This document shows, piece after piece, positions 42,055 to 52,096 of a stretch of 64,000 nucleotides of DNA (positions are counted from its first letter, which is position 1; the number at the start of each line of letters is the position of its first letter). The stretch is from Steroidobacteraceae bacterium (GTDB lineage: Bacteria; Pseudomonadota; Gammaproteobacteria; Steroidobacterales; Steroidobacteraceae), in NCBI GenBank assembly GCA_040509875.1, contig JBEVKB010000045.1:2378-66377 (forward strand), given 5' to 3'. Made by a program: the position numbers and the translations under genes. The notes under the pieces are model-generated. The model saw only the letters and a list, made by a program, of their open reading frames with translations. It did no database searches and was not told the DNA's origin.

Positions 42055-43016
42055 ATGTGGTCGTCACGGGTGCTGCCGGCTTCGTGGGCGGAGCGCTGTT
42101 GGAGCAATTGGCGCGAGACCCAGGCTTCAGCCTGACTGCGGTCGTCCGTCTGACGCAATCGACCTTTCCGGCCGGGGTCAGAGTGCTGGCGGTCAGCGAT
42201 ATCGATAGGTCGCTCGATTGCGGCGGCATGCTGCTCTCGTGCGACGTGGTCGTGCATCTCGCCGCACGAGTGCATGTCATGCGCGAGCGGTCGGGTGACC
42301 CGCTAGCGGCGTTTCGACGCGTCAATGTCGAGGGTACGTTGAACCTTGCGCGGCAGGCTGCTGCGGCAGGCGTGCGCCGCTTCATCTATCTCAGCTCGAT
42401 CAAAGTGAATGGCGAGAGTACACCGCTCGACAGGCCGTTTACAGCCGATCAGGCTGCCAATCCGCTGGATGCCTATGGCCTGAGTAAATGGGAAGCCGAA
42501 GTCGGACTCCGGGAAATATCGGCGGCGACCGGAATGGAGGTCGTCGTCATCCGGCCGCCTCTGGTCTATGGATCCCGGGTCCGCGGCAATTTTCTCGCCA
42601 TGATGAAGTGGCTGCACAAAGGGGCCATCCTGCCTTTCGGTGCGGTCGAACAGAACCGCAGAAGCTTTGTCTCGGTCCGCAACCTGGTCGATCTCATCAT
42701 TACGTGCATCACTCATCCTCGAGCCTGCGGGCAGATATTCCTGGTCAGCGATGGCGAGGATCTATCCACAGCGGAATTGTTGAAGCGGCTTGGCTGTGCC
42801 CTGGGAAGACCGGCTCGCCTGATCGCGGTGCCGGTGCCGTTGCTGGCCGCGGGCGCCAGGCTCGTGGGTCGCAGCGATCTGGCGGGCAGACTGCTGGGGT
42901 CTTTGCGCGTCGATATCTCCAAGGCGCGCGATCTGATTGGCTGGCTGCCGCCCTTCACTGTGGACAGTGAGCTGGCCGAGACTGCCCGTGGTTATCTGAG
43001 CGATTCCCCATCTTGA
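42051..43016 (+). CDS. NAD-dependent sugar epimerase/reductase (WbpV/WbpK-like)
   Basis: GAAGFVG, HLAARVHVM, SSIKVNGE, YGLSKWEAE, RPPLVYG; GTG start at 42051. Confidence 0.88.
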   Translation: MNVVVTGAAGFVGGALLEQLARDPGFSLTAVVRLTQSTFPAGVRVLAVSDIDRSLDCGGMLLSCDVVVHLAARVHVMRERSGDPLAAFRRVNVEGTLNLARQAAAAGVRRFIYLSSIKVNGESTPLDRPFTADQAANPLDAYGLSKWEAEVGLREISAATGMEVVVIRPPLVYGSRVRGNFLAMMKWLHKGAILPFGAVEQNRRSFVSVRNLVDLIITCITHPRACGQIFLVSDGEDLSTAELLKRLGCALGRPARLIAVPVPLLAAGARLVGRSDLAGRLLGSLRVDISKARDLIGWLPPFTVDSELAETARGYLSDSPS

Positions 43017-44038
43017 CCTACTTCGCCGTTCCGGCTCTCGTGCTGGTGCTCGCACTCGTCGGAACCGGGTGGGTACGCCGTTACACGCTATCGCGAAGCA
43101 TTCTCGACGTGCCCAACGACCGGAGCTCGCACAGAATTCCGACCCCGCGAGGCGGGGGGCTGGCCATCGTAATAGCTGCCTCGTTGGGCTTTTGCGCCCT
43201 TGCCTTGCTGGACGTAATCGACTGGCAGGCTTTCCTGGCGCTGCAGGGCGGATTGCCAGTCGCCATGGTGGGGTTCATGGATGACCGCTATCAGGTGTCT
43301 GTACGTGTTCGCCTGTCGGTGCATGTCGGCGCTGCGGCGTGGGGACTGTATTGGTTGGGGGGCTTGCCTCCCTTGTTGATTGGCGAGACGGTGCTCGATC
43401 CAGGCTACCTCGGCTGGGGGTTGGGGATCCTGGCCATCGTATGGACGCTCAACCTGTTCAATTTCATGGATGGCATTGACGGCATCGCGGCAGCAGAGGC
43501 GATCTTCGTGGCCTTGGCGGGTTCGCTTCTACTTGCACCGGGAGCGCTCGAGTCCGCATCCATGGCGGGCCTGGTGTTTGCAGCTGCCTGCTGCGGTTTC
43601 CTGTTCTGGAACTGGCCTCCCGCGAAGATTTTCTTGGGCGATGTGGGTAGCGGCTACCTGGGAGTCGTCATCGCCATCCTGGCGATCGATGCTGGCCGCA
43701 GCAGCGGCGTCGCTCTCTTCGTCTGGTTGATCCTCGGCGCGGTATTCTTTGTCGATGCCTCGTTGACTCTGCTACGCAGGCTGATTCGCGGCGAACGGGT
43801 GTACGAAGCGCATCGATCGCATGCCTATCAGTGGTTGTCGCGGCGATGGGGAGGCCACAAACCGGTCACGCTGGTCGTCACGGCGGTGAATGTCATGTGG
43901 CTGTTGCCATGTGCAGCCCTGGCAGTGCTCCACCCCGAATGGGCGGCTTGCTTGGTCGTCGTTGCAATGACACCGCTGCTCGTCGCCGCTGCAGTGGCCG
44001 GGTCGGGACTACCCGAGGCGAAGCGGACTGGCGATTGA
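43013..44038 (+). CDS. MraY-family initiating transferase (WbpL-like)
   Basis: DVPNDRSSHRIPTPRGGG, GFMDD, NLFNFMDGIDG, NWPPAKIFLGDVGS, AHRSHAYQ. Confidence 0.9.
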   Translation: MTYFAVPALVLVLALVGTGWVRRYTLSRSILDVPNDRSSHRIPTPRGGGLAIVIAASLGFCALALLDVIDWQAFLALQGGLPVAMVGFMDDRYQVSVRVRLSVHVGAAAWGLYWLGGLPPLLIGETVLDPGYLGWGLGILAIVWTLNLFNFMDGIDGIAAAEAIFVALAGSLLLAPGALESASMAGLVFAAACCGFLFWNWPPAKIFLGDVGSGYLGVVIAILAIDAGRSSGVALFVWLILGAVFFVDASLTLLRRLIRGERVYEAHRSHAYQWLSRRWGGHKPVTLVVTAVNVMWLLPCAALAVLHPEWAACLVVVAMTPLLVAAAVAGSGLPEAKRTGD

Positions 44039-44486
44039 TCGAATGTGCTAGCACTGAAATGTCGACTGTTGCGTTGATTCTCGCGTCTACATTCCTCGCA
44101 TCTTCGATCTGGAATGGCCGGCACACCAAATCCTCATGGGGGACTAGAAAGTGCACTCCGCGTGAGTGTCGTTGCAGCATTGCCATCGTCGAGGGCGAAC
44201 TGCAGTCGAGGAATTCCGTGAACGAGCGCTGAACATCGAGCCGCTAGAATCAAATGGACTTGCGATCGTCGCAGACAATCATTGCTGCGCTGCTTTATGT
44301 GCGCTGTATCGTATTTGAGTCAGTGCAATAACCAAAGGGTTCTGGGAGAATGCCAGCCCATTCAGCAGGTTCGGTGTCTGAGTGCGTCAAATTCGAGAGG
44401 AATCTCCCAAATTGTCGCATTTAGGTGGAACGCGAACTCCGTTAACGCATTCTGCGGTGGCTTAAACAATTCCAGGGAGTGTATGA

Positions 44487-46487
44487 GTGACTGAGTCCAT
44501 GCCGAAGTGGATTGAAGGGTTGGTCAACAAGCTCGCTTTGCTGCCTCGGTCGAGGAAACGACTCGTCATGGTGGGAACGGACGCCGTAGGTATACCGGCG
44601 ATGTTGTGGCTCGCGACGACTCTTCGATCCGGCGATCCGGGGCAACAAATCGCTGGAACGGAATGGCTCTACTGCGCAGCGCTTCTTACCAGCATCGTGG
44701 TTTTCGTGCGCATGGGCCTGTATCGGGCGGTCGTCCGGTACCTGGGACCGAAGGCGATTATCGCTGTCGTTTCGGGAGTCACGACCTCGGTTGCGCTCTT
44801 GTCCGTCCTTGCGCTCCTCTGGCCCGGGGACGCCGTGCCGTTGTCGGTATTACCCATCTATTGGGCTTTCGCATTGATCTATGTTGGCGGCAGCCGGTTT
44901 CTGGTCCGCGGTCTGTTGAATTATCGCTGGTCGAACGGTACGCAACGCATTGCCATCTATGGCGCGGGGGCGGCGGGAGTACAGCTTGCGATCGGGCTAC
45001 TGCGCAGCGGACGGTATCACCCGATTGCGTTCATCGACGATAACGCGTCGTTGCACGGGAGCACGATCAATGGGCTGGAAGTATTCTCGCTGAAAGCGCT
45101 GCCGACTCTGGTAAGGGAGGAGGCGCTCGCGGCCGTGATGCTCGCGTTGCCTTCGCAGTCACGGCGGCGTCGACAGGAAATCCTCAAGGCGCTCGAGCCT
45201 TTGTCGTTACTCGTCCAGACGGTACCTGACTACGGTGACATTCTTGCAGGTCATGCGCGTGTGGAAGACGTGCGCGATGTCGATGCGGGCGATCTACTCG
45301 GGAGAGATCCCGTACCTCCGAATACTCGCTTGCTGGATGCGTGTATTCGCGGAAAAGTCGTCATGGTGACCGGTGCGGGCGGCTCCATCGGTTCGGAGCT
45401 TTGTCGCCAGATCCTGCGATTGCGGCCATCGCAGTTGCTGCTGTTCGAAATGTCAGAACTCGCGTTGTACAACGTCGAAAGGGAATTGCGGCTGCTGGCG
45501 GTTACCGAGCAATGTCCGGTCGAGATCGTGGCGCTGCTCGGCGACGCCCACCACAAGACGCGCGTGCGCGAGATTCTTCAGGCTTACGGCGTACAGACGA
45601 TCTACCACGCTGCCGCCTACAAGCATGTGCCCATAGTCGAGCAGAATGCGATCGAAGGCATTTACAACAACGTTTTCAGCACGTGGCATGCCGCAGAGGC
45701 GGCGCTCGAATGCCGGGTGGAAACGTTCGTGCTCATTTCCACTGACAAGGCGGTGAACCCGACGAATGTCATGGGCGCCACCAAGCGTTTCGCCGAGATC
45801 GTTCTGCAGGGCTTGCAGGATCGCGGGTCGAGCACGCGCTTCTGCATGGTCAGGTTCGGCAACGTGCTCGAATCGTCCGGGTCCGTCGTGCCGTTGTTTC
45901 GCGAGCAGATCAAGCGGGGCGGACCGGTGACGGTCACGCATAAAGACGTTATCCGCTATTTCATGACGATTCCGGAAGCAGCCCAACTGGTGTTGCAGGC
46001 GGGATCGATGGCCGAGGGTGGCGACGTTTTCGTTCTCGACATGGGTAAACCCGTGCGCATTTCCGATCTCGCGCGCCGCATGATCAGCCTGATGGGACTC
46101 ACCGTTCGCGATGAAGAGAATCCGGACGGGGACATCGAAGTGGTCTACACCGGCCTGCGACCGGCGGAGAAGCTGTTCGAAGAGCTGCTGATCGGCACCA
46201 ACGTCACCGGAACCGAGCATCCCATGATCATGCGCGCCATCGAGCACTCGCTGCCGTGGATGCATGTCCAGCAGGTTCTCGATGAGCTGTCGATCGCGTC
46301 GAATCGTTTCGATTGCGATCGGGCGCGTCAGTTGCTGATGCAGACGGTCGCGGAGTACAAGCCGGTCCAGGCGATTCAGGATCTGGTATGGACCCGCAAG
46401 TCGGAACTGGCGCACGCAGAATTGAAGAACGTTACCGCCCTGCAATCGCGACGTTCGAGGGTGCCTGCGGCTCCGCCTGCTCACTGA
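44487..46487 (+). CDS. Membrane-bound UDP-GlcNAc 4,6-dehydratase (WbpM/CapD-like)
   Basis: N-terminal TMs, DLLGRDP, GAGGSIGSELCRQ, HAAAYKHVP, STDKAVNPTNVMGATKR, RFGNVL. Confidence 0.92.
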   Translation: MTESMPKWIEGLVNKLALLPRSRKRLVMVGTDAVGIPAMLWLATTLRSGDPGQQIAGTEWLYCAALLTSIVVFVRMGLYRAVVRYLGPKAIIAVVSGVTTSVALLSVLALLWPGDAVPLSVLPIYWAFALIYVGGSRFLVRGLLNYRWSNGTQRIAIYGAGAAGVQLAIGLLRSGRYHPIAFIDDNASLHGSTINGLEVFSLKALPTLVREEALAAVMLALPSQSRRRRQEILKALEPLSLLVQTVPDYGDILAGHARVEDVRDVDAGDLLGRDPVPPNTRLLDACIRGKVVMVTGAGGSIGSELCRQILRLRPSQLLLFEMSELALYNVERELRLLAVTEQCPVEIVALLGDAHHKTRVREILQAYGVQTIYHAAAYKHVPIVEQNAIEGIYNNVFSTWHAAEAALECRVETFVLISTDKAVNPTNVMGATKRFAEIVLQGLQDRGSSTRFCMVRFGNVLESSGSVVPLFREQIKRGGPVTVTHKDVIRYFMTIPEAAQLVLQAGSMAEGGDVFVLDMGKPVRISDLARRMISLMGLTVRDEENPDGDIEVVYTGLRPAEKLFEELLIGTNVTGTEHPMIMRAIEHSLPWMHVQQVLDELSIASNRFDCDRARQLLMQTVAEYKPVQAIQDLVWTRKSELAHAELKNVTALQSRRSRVPAAPPAH

Positions 46488-46760
46488 GCCAATTGCACGG
46501 AGCTCGCATGGGCTGATTGACGGACGATCGATGGGTAGTTCCTGAATTCGAAAGTAAGCGGGCTCACTTCCCCGTGACCTAGAACCGCGTCTGCGTCCTT
46601 GCGACTCGATCCGATGCGTGCCTCCTGCACGACCCGCTCCTTCCCTTGAGGCAACCGAATGCCACTCCGTGGCGCTCCTTGCTCCCCACTAGGGTAGCGA
46701 TGGACGGAGGGAAATTCCCTCGCCCAACTGCCGGAAATCACTGAAAAAATTTAGCTTATG

Positions 46761-46793
46761 TAAGGAAACGGCGGGCACGGTATGCGCCCGCCG
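46761..46793 (-). terminator. Rho-independent terminator after wcaJ-like gene
   Basis: On minus strand CGGCGGGCGC-ATACC-GTGCCCGCCG hairpin followed by TTTCCTTA, 12 nt after the stop. Confidence 0.6.
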
Positions 46794-46805
46794 CGAATGC
46801 ATTCG

Positions 46806-48290
46806 TCAGTACGCGTTCGGGTCGCGCGTGACGGAGATGGCCGTGCGGAACAGGATCTTGATATCCAGCCACAGGGACCACTGGCGGAGGTAGTCGAGAT
46901 CGAACTCGACGCGCTTCTGCATCTTGTCGATGGTGTCGGTCTCACCGCGCAAGCCATTCACCTGTGCCCAGCCCGTGATGCCGGGCTTGATCTTGTGACG
47001 GATCATGTAGCCGTCGATCAGCTTGCGATACTGCTCGTTGTGAGCGATTGCGTGCGGACGTGGGCCCACCAGGCTCATCGTGCCTTGCATGACGTTGAGC
47101 AGCTGCGGGAGCTCATCGAGTGAAGTACGGCGGAGGAAGCCGCCGATCTTGGTGAGCCGGAAGTCGCCGCGCGTCGCCTGCATGACGTGAATGCCGTCTT
47201 CCCACACCTTCATGCTGCGGAATTTGTAGATGAGGATTTCCTCGCCGTCGAGGCCGTAACGTCGCTGCTTGAACAGCACCGGACCTCGCGAGGTGAACTT
47301 GATCGCGGCAGCAACGCCGAGCATGACGGGGCTAAGCAGGGCCAGAGCCACCGATGCCAGGATCAGATCGGTGGTGCGCTTGATGACGGCGCATTTGCCC
47401 TGGAAAGGCGTGTCGCAGATCGAGACTGCAGGGATGCCATCGATGTCGACGAAGCGCGCCTGGATCAATTCGAACGCTGACAGGTCGGGCACGATGTAGA
47501 TGGAAGCAGTGGTGTCGCGAAGCTGCGTGACCAGCTGAATCATTCGAGACGAGCCCCACACCGGCAGCGCGATGTAGACAGCCTGGATCGGGTTACGCTG
47601 CGCGAATTCGTACACGTCGGAGAGCTTGCCGATCAGCTGGTTGGCGGAAATGCCGGGCAGGCGCTCGATGGCGCGATCGTCGAAGTAACCGGCAAATCCC
47701 GCCGACTCATCGCCGCTTCCCAGTCGTCGTGCGAGTTCCTGGCCTACTTCATTCGCACCGACGATCACATAAGTGCGAGCGCGTGTCTCGCCTTTGCGCA
47801 TGCGTTTGGCGATATTGCGAGACAACTGGCCCGCGCCGATGAGCAGTGCCGGCGTTGCAATGAACCAAGTGAGGATCACTGCGCGCGAGAAGTCTTCGGA
47901 TGTCTTGAGGGCAAAAGCGATGAACAGCAGGATGCCGACCAGCAGGCTCCATTCGAACAGCAGCCGCGAGATCATCGGCCGCACATTCCATGAGGTCGAC
48001 GTCAGGTCGGGGCCATTCACGATCCGCGGCGAGAGAATGAAAGCGATGAGCGCAAGAGCGACGTAAGGCAGTTTGGGGCCGGTGCCGTAGATGAGCGCAC
48101 ACAGCGCGAGCGACACGACGATGGTGATTGGGTAGAGGATGCTCTGCAACAGCACCAGCTGCGCCGATGCGAGGGTGCCGAGTCGGATCCTGATACGTGA
48201 GGTACCGTGAGTCTCGTTTCGAAGTGTCTGACGCTTCTCGTGTGCGTAGAGCAGATCGGAAACTCGCCGCGCTTCAATTTCGTTCAACAT
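46806..48290 (-). CDS. Undecaprenyl-phosphate glucose phosphotransferase (WcaJ-like)
   Basis: N-terminal TMs, [50 protein letters not shown]. Confidence 0.92.
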   Translation of the reverse strand: MLNEIEARRVSDLLYAHEKRQTLRNETHGTSRIRIRLGTLASAQLVLLQSILYPITIVVSLALCALIYGTGPKLPYVALALIAFILSPRIVNGPDLTSTSWNVRPMISRLLFEWSLLVGILLFIAFALKTSEDFSRAVILTWFIATPALLIGAGQLSRNIAKRMRKGETRARTYVIVGANEVGQELARRLGSGDESAGFAGYFDDRAIERLPGISANQLIGKLSDVYEFAQRNPIQAVYIALPVWGSSRMIQLVTQLRDTTASIYIVPDLSAFELIQARFVDIDGIPAVSICDTPFQGKCAVIKRTTDLILASVALALLSPVMLGVAAAIKFTSRGPVLFKQRRYGLDGEEILIYKFRSMKVWEDGIHVMQATRGDFRLTKIGGFLRRTSLDELPQLLNVMQGTMSLVGPRPHAIAHNEQYRKLIDGYMIRHKIKPGITGWAQVNGLRGETDTIDKMQKRVEFDLDYLRQWSLWLDIKILFRTAISVTRDPNAY

Positions 48291-49091
48291 AAATCGTCAG
48301 GGATCCGCTATGAGTTAAGAGTACACACTGTCTATCAACGCAAGTGAGACGCCTGTCACCGTCGCCAAAGCCAAACGACGCGCCACAACCACAGAAAGTC
48401 CTGGATATTTCCCAGGGTTTTCCCATCGAACTGCCTGCATCGTTGCTCGCGAGCATTGTTTGTATTTGCACTAACTGCCGCAACTGTCGCGAAACGCATG
48501 CACGCGTCTGCAAATTCAGACATTGTTTTCAAATGGATTCAGTGCATCGACACAATCTTCGATGCGAAACGGTGCAAACGCACCAGTTACGTAAATTCGC
48601 TGGTCAGTTATGTCGCGGTTGCTGCCTGTTGATGCGTGGCGTCGGCCCATATGCGCCGAGATATGTCGCGCAGGCAATGAAAAATATTTTTCTTGCGTTG
48701 CCGATCATTCGATGCATGTCGTGCGTTGCTGTCGCGCCGAGCGATGCGAGAGGATGAAATGTCGAATGCAGGCAAGAAGGCGAGCGCGAAACGCGGGCAA
48801 GAACTTAGGTGTAATCGTCGTTGCAACGTTTACGCGATTGTTCTGCGCCAACTACTCTTGCGTGACGCCTGCAATTGCGGTCCGCTCGTCATTCTGGATG
48901 GCTGCGTTAGTCACGGTGTGAGAACTGGCGCGCGTCAAGCCTCTGGGGCTTCGCCTATTCTCGTATCGTGAGCATGTTGCACCCGGGCGCGGAGCGGATT
49001 TACGTTGTCAGCGGGCGTATTTCTTTACCTTGAGAGCTCGGTAGATTAAGCTTTATCCCATTCTTTTCCTTTTTGTTTCCAAAGGTTACGC

Positions 49092-50465
49092 ATGCGTCTT
49101 ACCATTTTCGGTTCAGGATATGTCGGCCTGGTCACCGGTGCCTGTTTCGCCGAGGCTGGCAACAATGTGCTCTGTGTCGACATCGATCAACGCAAGGTCG
49201 ACATGCTCAATGCCGGCCAGTCGCCGATTTTCGAGCCAGGCCTCGAAGCCCTTCTAGTCAAGAACCTGGCAGCCAAGCGCATCAGCTTCACGACGGATGC
49301 GGCGCTGGGTGTGAAGCACGGCCTGTTCCAGTTCATTGCGGTGGGCACTCCGCCCGATGAGGACGGTTCGGCCGATCTCAAATACGTCCTGGCAGTGGCG
49401 GAGTCGATCGGCAAGGAAATGCAGGAGTACCGAGTCGTCGTCACGAAATCGACAGTCCCGGTAGGTACTGCCGACAAGGTTCGCGCGAAGATCGACGAGA
49501 CGATGGCTGCCCGCGGCGCCAATCTCGAATTCGACGTGGTTTCCAATCCGGAATTCCTCAAGGAAGGCGCTGCCATCAGCGACTTCATGAAGCCCGATCG
49601 CATCGTCGTCGGTACCGATAATCCTCGCACCGGCGAGTTGCTCAAAGCGTTGTACGACCCGTTCACGCGTAATCACGGTCGCATGATCCTGATGGATGTG
49701 CGCTCCTCGGAGCTCACCAAGTACGCAGCCAACGCCATGCTCGCGACCAAGATCAGCTTCATGAATGAGCTCGCCAATCTGTCCGAGCGCGTCGGCGCCG
49801 ACATAGAGAACGTGCGCTTAGGTATCGGTTCGGACCCGCGCATCGGCTATCACTTCATTTACCCGGGATGCGGCTACGGCGGATCCTGCTTCCCCAAGGA
49901 CGTCCAGGCCCTGGCGCGCAGCGCCGGCGACTATTCGTTCAACGCCGAAGTGCTCAAGGCGGTCGAGAGTGTCAACAATCGCCAGAAGCAGGTGTTGTTC
50001 GACAAGATCAGCAAGCATTTCGACGGCAAGCTGGCCGGCAAGACGGTCGCCCTGTGGGGCCTGGCATTCAAGCCGAACACCGATGACATGCGCGAAGCGC
50101 CGAGCCGCGAACTCATGGAGCGTCTGTGGGAAGCGGGTGCCAAGGTGCGCGCGTACGACCCCGTGGCTGCCCACGAAACCGGTCGCATTTATGGCGATAG
50201 AAAAGACCTGGTGCTGGTCGAGCATGCACTCGATGCACTGGTGGATGCCGATGCGCTGGTCATCGTGACCGAGTGGCAGGAGTTCCGCAGCCCCGATTTC
50301 GAACACATCAAGGCCACGCTGCGTGAGCCGGTGATATTCGACGGCCGCAATCTTTACGATCCCGCCTTCGTCAAGCAGTTCGGTCTGGCTTATTATGCGA
50401 TCGGCCGCGGCGACAGTGTTACGACCACATCCGTAGAACGTCGCCGACGCGCCAGTGATCGTTGA
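49092..50465 (+). CDS. ugd: UDP-glucose 6-dehydrogenase
   Basis: [52 protein letters not shown]. Confidence 0.95.
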   Translation: MRLTIFGSGYVGLVTGACFAEAGNNVLCVDIDQRKVDMLNAGQSPIFEPGLEALLVKNLAAKRISFTTDAALGVKHGLFQFIAVGTPPDEDGSADLKYVLAVAESIGKEMQEYRVVVTKSTVPVGTADKVRAKIDETMAARGANLEFDVVSNPEFLKEGAAISDFMKPDRIVVGTDNPRTGELLKALYDPFTRNHGRMILMDVRSSELTKYAANAMLATKISFMNELANLSERVGADIENVRLGIGSDPRIGYHFIYPGCGYGGSCFPKDVQALARSAGDYSFNAEVLKAVESVNNRQKQVLFDKISKHFDGKLAGKTVALWGLAFKPNTDDMREAPSRELMERLWEAGAKVRAYDPVAAHETGRIYGDRKDLVLVEHALDALVDADALVIVTEWQEFRSPDFEHIKATLREPVIFDGRNLYDPAFVKQFGLAYYAIGRGDSVTTTSVERRRRASDR

Positions 50466-50496
50466 TCACTATCGTTGATCACGATTGTTGATCAGT
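50458..50496. repeat. Three tandem 13-bp repeats
   Basis: ATCGTTGATCACT / ATCGTTGATCACG / ATTGTTGATCAGT across the ugd stop and ugd-manC spacer. Confidence 0.8.
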
Positions 50497-50518
50497 CAGG
50501 GGCACCAACGGACTTCGA

Positions 50519-51961
50519 ATGACTTTGATACCAGTGATCCTGTCGGGGGGCTCGGGCACCCGACTGTGGCCGTTGTCGCGCGAAATGTTTCCCAAGCAGC
50601 TCCTGCCGCTCGTGAGCAAGGGCACGATGCTGCAAGAGACATTGGCGCGGCTGAACGGTGTCGAAGACATCGGCCCGCCGATTGTCGTCAGCAATGAAAA
50701 CCACCGGTTCCTCGTAGCCGAACAGCTGCGGGAGAGCCGGGTGGCCGCACAGGCCATCATTCTCGAACCGGTAGGCCGCAATACCGCTCCGGCAGTTGCG
50801 GTAGCCGCCATGGCTGCGATTTCCGCGGCCCCGGAAGGCGCTCGCTCGGCGAACGATCTGGTCCTGCTGGTGCTTCCGGCCGATCACGTCATCAGGGACG
50901 TCGCGGCATTCCAGCGGGCAATCGCGATCGGGCGCAAGGCCGCCGCCGCGGGCAAGCTGGTGACGTTCGGCGTCGTCGCCACCAAGCCGGAAACCGGCTA
51001 CGGCTACATCCGTCGCGCCAGTGGTGACGGTCCGGCCTACGCGATCAGCCAGTTCGTGGAGAAACCGGATCGCGAGACCGCACAGAAGTATGTCGATTCG
51101 GGCGAGTACTTCTGGAACAGCGGCATGTTCATGTTCAAGGCCTCCAAGGTACTCGAAGAGCTGCGGGCACTCGCTCCCGCGATCTACGAAGCCTGCGCGC
51201 AATCGTTCACGTCGGCTAAGCGGGACCTGGATTTCACGCGGCTGGCGGAAAAGGAATTCAGCGCGTCGCCCAGCGATTCCTTCGACTATGCGGTAATGGA
51301 GAAGACGCAGAATGCCGTCGTGGTGCCGCTCGATGCCGGCTGGAGCGATGTCGGTTCGTGGTCGGCGCTGTACGAGGCCATCCCTTCGGATGGCAACGAC
51401 AATGTCGTGTCAGGCGACGTGCTGACCGAAGATTCCCATGGTTGCTACCTGCAATCGACGAGTCGCCTGGTGGCGGCCGTGGGCTTGAAGGACTGCGTGG
51501 TCGTCGAAACCAAGGACGCAGTGCTCGTGGCTCCTAAGAACCGCGTGCAGGACGTGAAGCAACTGGTGGCGCAGCTGAAGAAGAACGAGCGCTACGAGAC
51601 CTCCCTGCATCGCGAGGTGTTTCGTCCCTGGGGCAGCTACGACAGCATCGACTCGGGCGACCGTTTCCAGGTGAAACGGCTGAGCGTCAAGCCGGGCGCC
51701 ATCATGTCGTTGCAGCTGCATCACCACCGGGCCGAACACTGGATCGTGGTCGCCGGCACCGCACGCATCACCCGCGGCGAGGAAGTCTTTCTACTGGAAG
51801 AAAACCAGTCGACGTACATTCCGCTCGGCGTGCGCCATCGCATCGAAAACCCGGGCAAGATTCCACTGCACATCATCGAAGTGCAATCGGGCACTTACCT
51901 GGGCGAGGACGACATCGTCCGCTTCGAAGACCGCTACGGTCGTGAAGGTAAGACCAACTAG
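50519..51961 (+). CDS. manC: Mannose-1-phosphate guanylyltransferase / mannose-6-phosphate isomerase
   Basis: GGSGTRLWPLSR, EPVGRNTAPA, FVEKP, WNSGMF, GWSDVGSW, RPWG, HHHRAEHW. Confidence 0.95.
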   Translation: MTLIPVILSGGSGTRLWPLSREMFPKQLLPLVSKGTMLQETLARLNGVEDIGPPIVVSNENHRFLVAEQLRESRVAAQAIILEPVGRNTAPAVAVAAMAAISAAPEGARSANDLVLLVLPADHVIRDVAAFQRAIAIGRKAAAAGKLVTFGVVATKPETGYGYIRRASGDGPAYAISQFVEKPDRETAQKYVDSGEYFWNSGMFMFKASKVLEELRALAPAIYEACAQSFTSAKRDLDFTRLAEKEFSASPSDSFDYAVMEKTQNAVVVPLDAGWSDVGSWSALYEAIPSDGNDNVVSGDVLTEDSHGCYLQSTSRLVAAVGLKDCVVVETKDAVLVAPKNRVQDVKQLVAQLKKNERYETSLHREVFRPWGSYDSIDSGDRFQVKRLSVKPGAIMSLQLHHHRAEHWIVVAGTARITRGEEVFLLEENQSTYIPLGVRHRIENPGKIPLHIIEVQSGTYLGEDDIVRFEDRYGREGKTN

Positions 51962-52096
51962 GATAGGGTGCCTTGGCGGCGGTTCGCGCGCGAACCGGCC
52001 GTCGCATCCGCTTATCCTTGGTCGCGAGTCCTGCGTATGGCGACTCGCGCTCCCGCCTCACAGACACACACATAAATCATCTGCTGCGAGCGATTC

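Noticed and set aside
50458-50496. CRISPR array
   Set aside because: Units are contiguous with no spacers; no cas genes in the window
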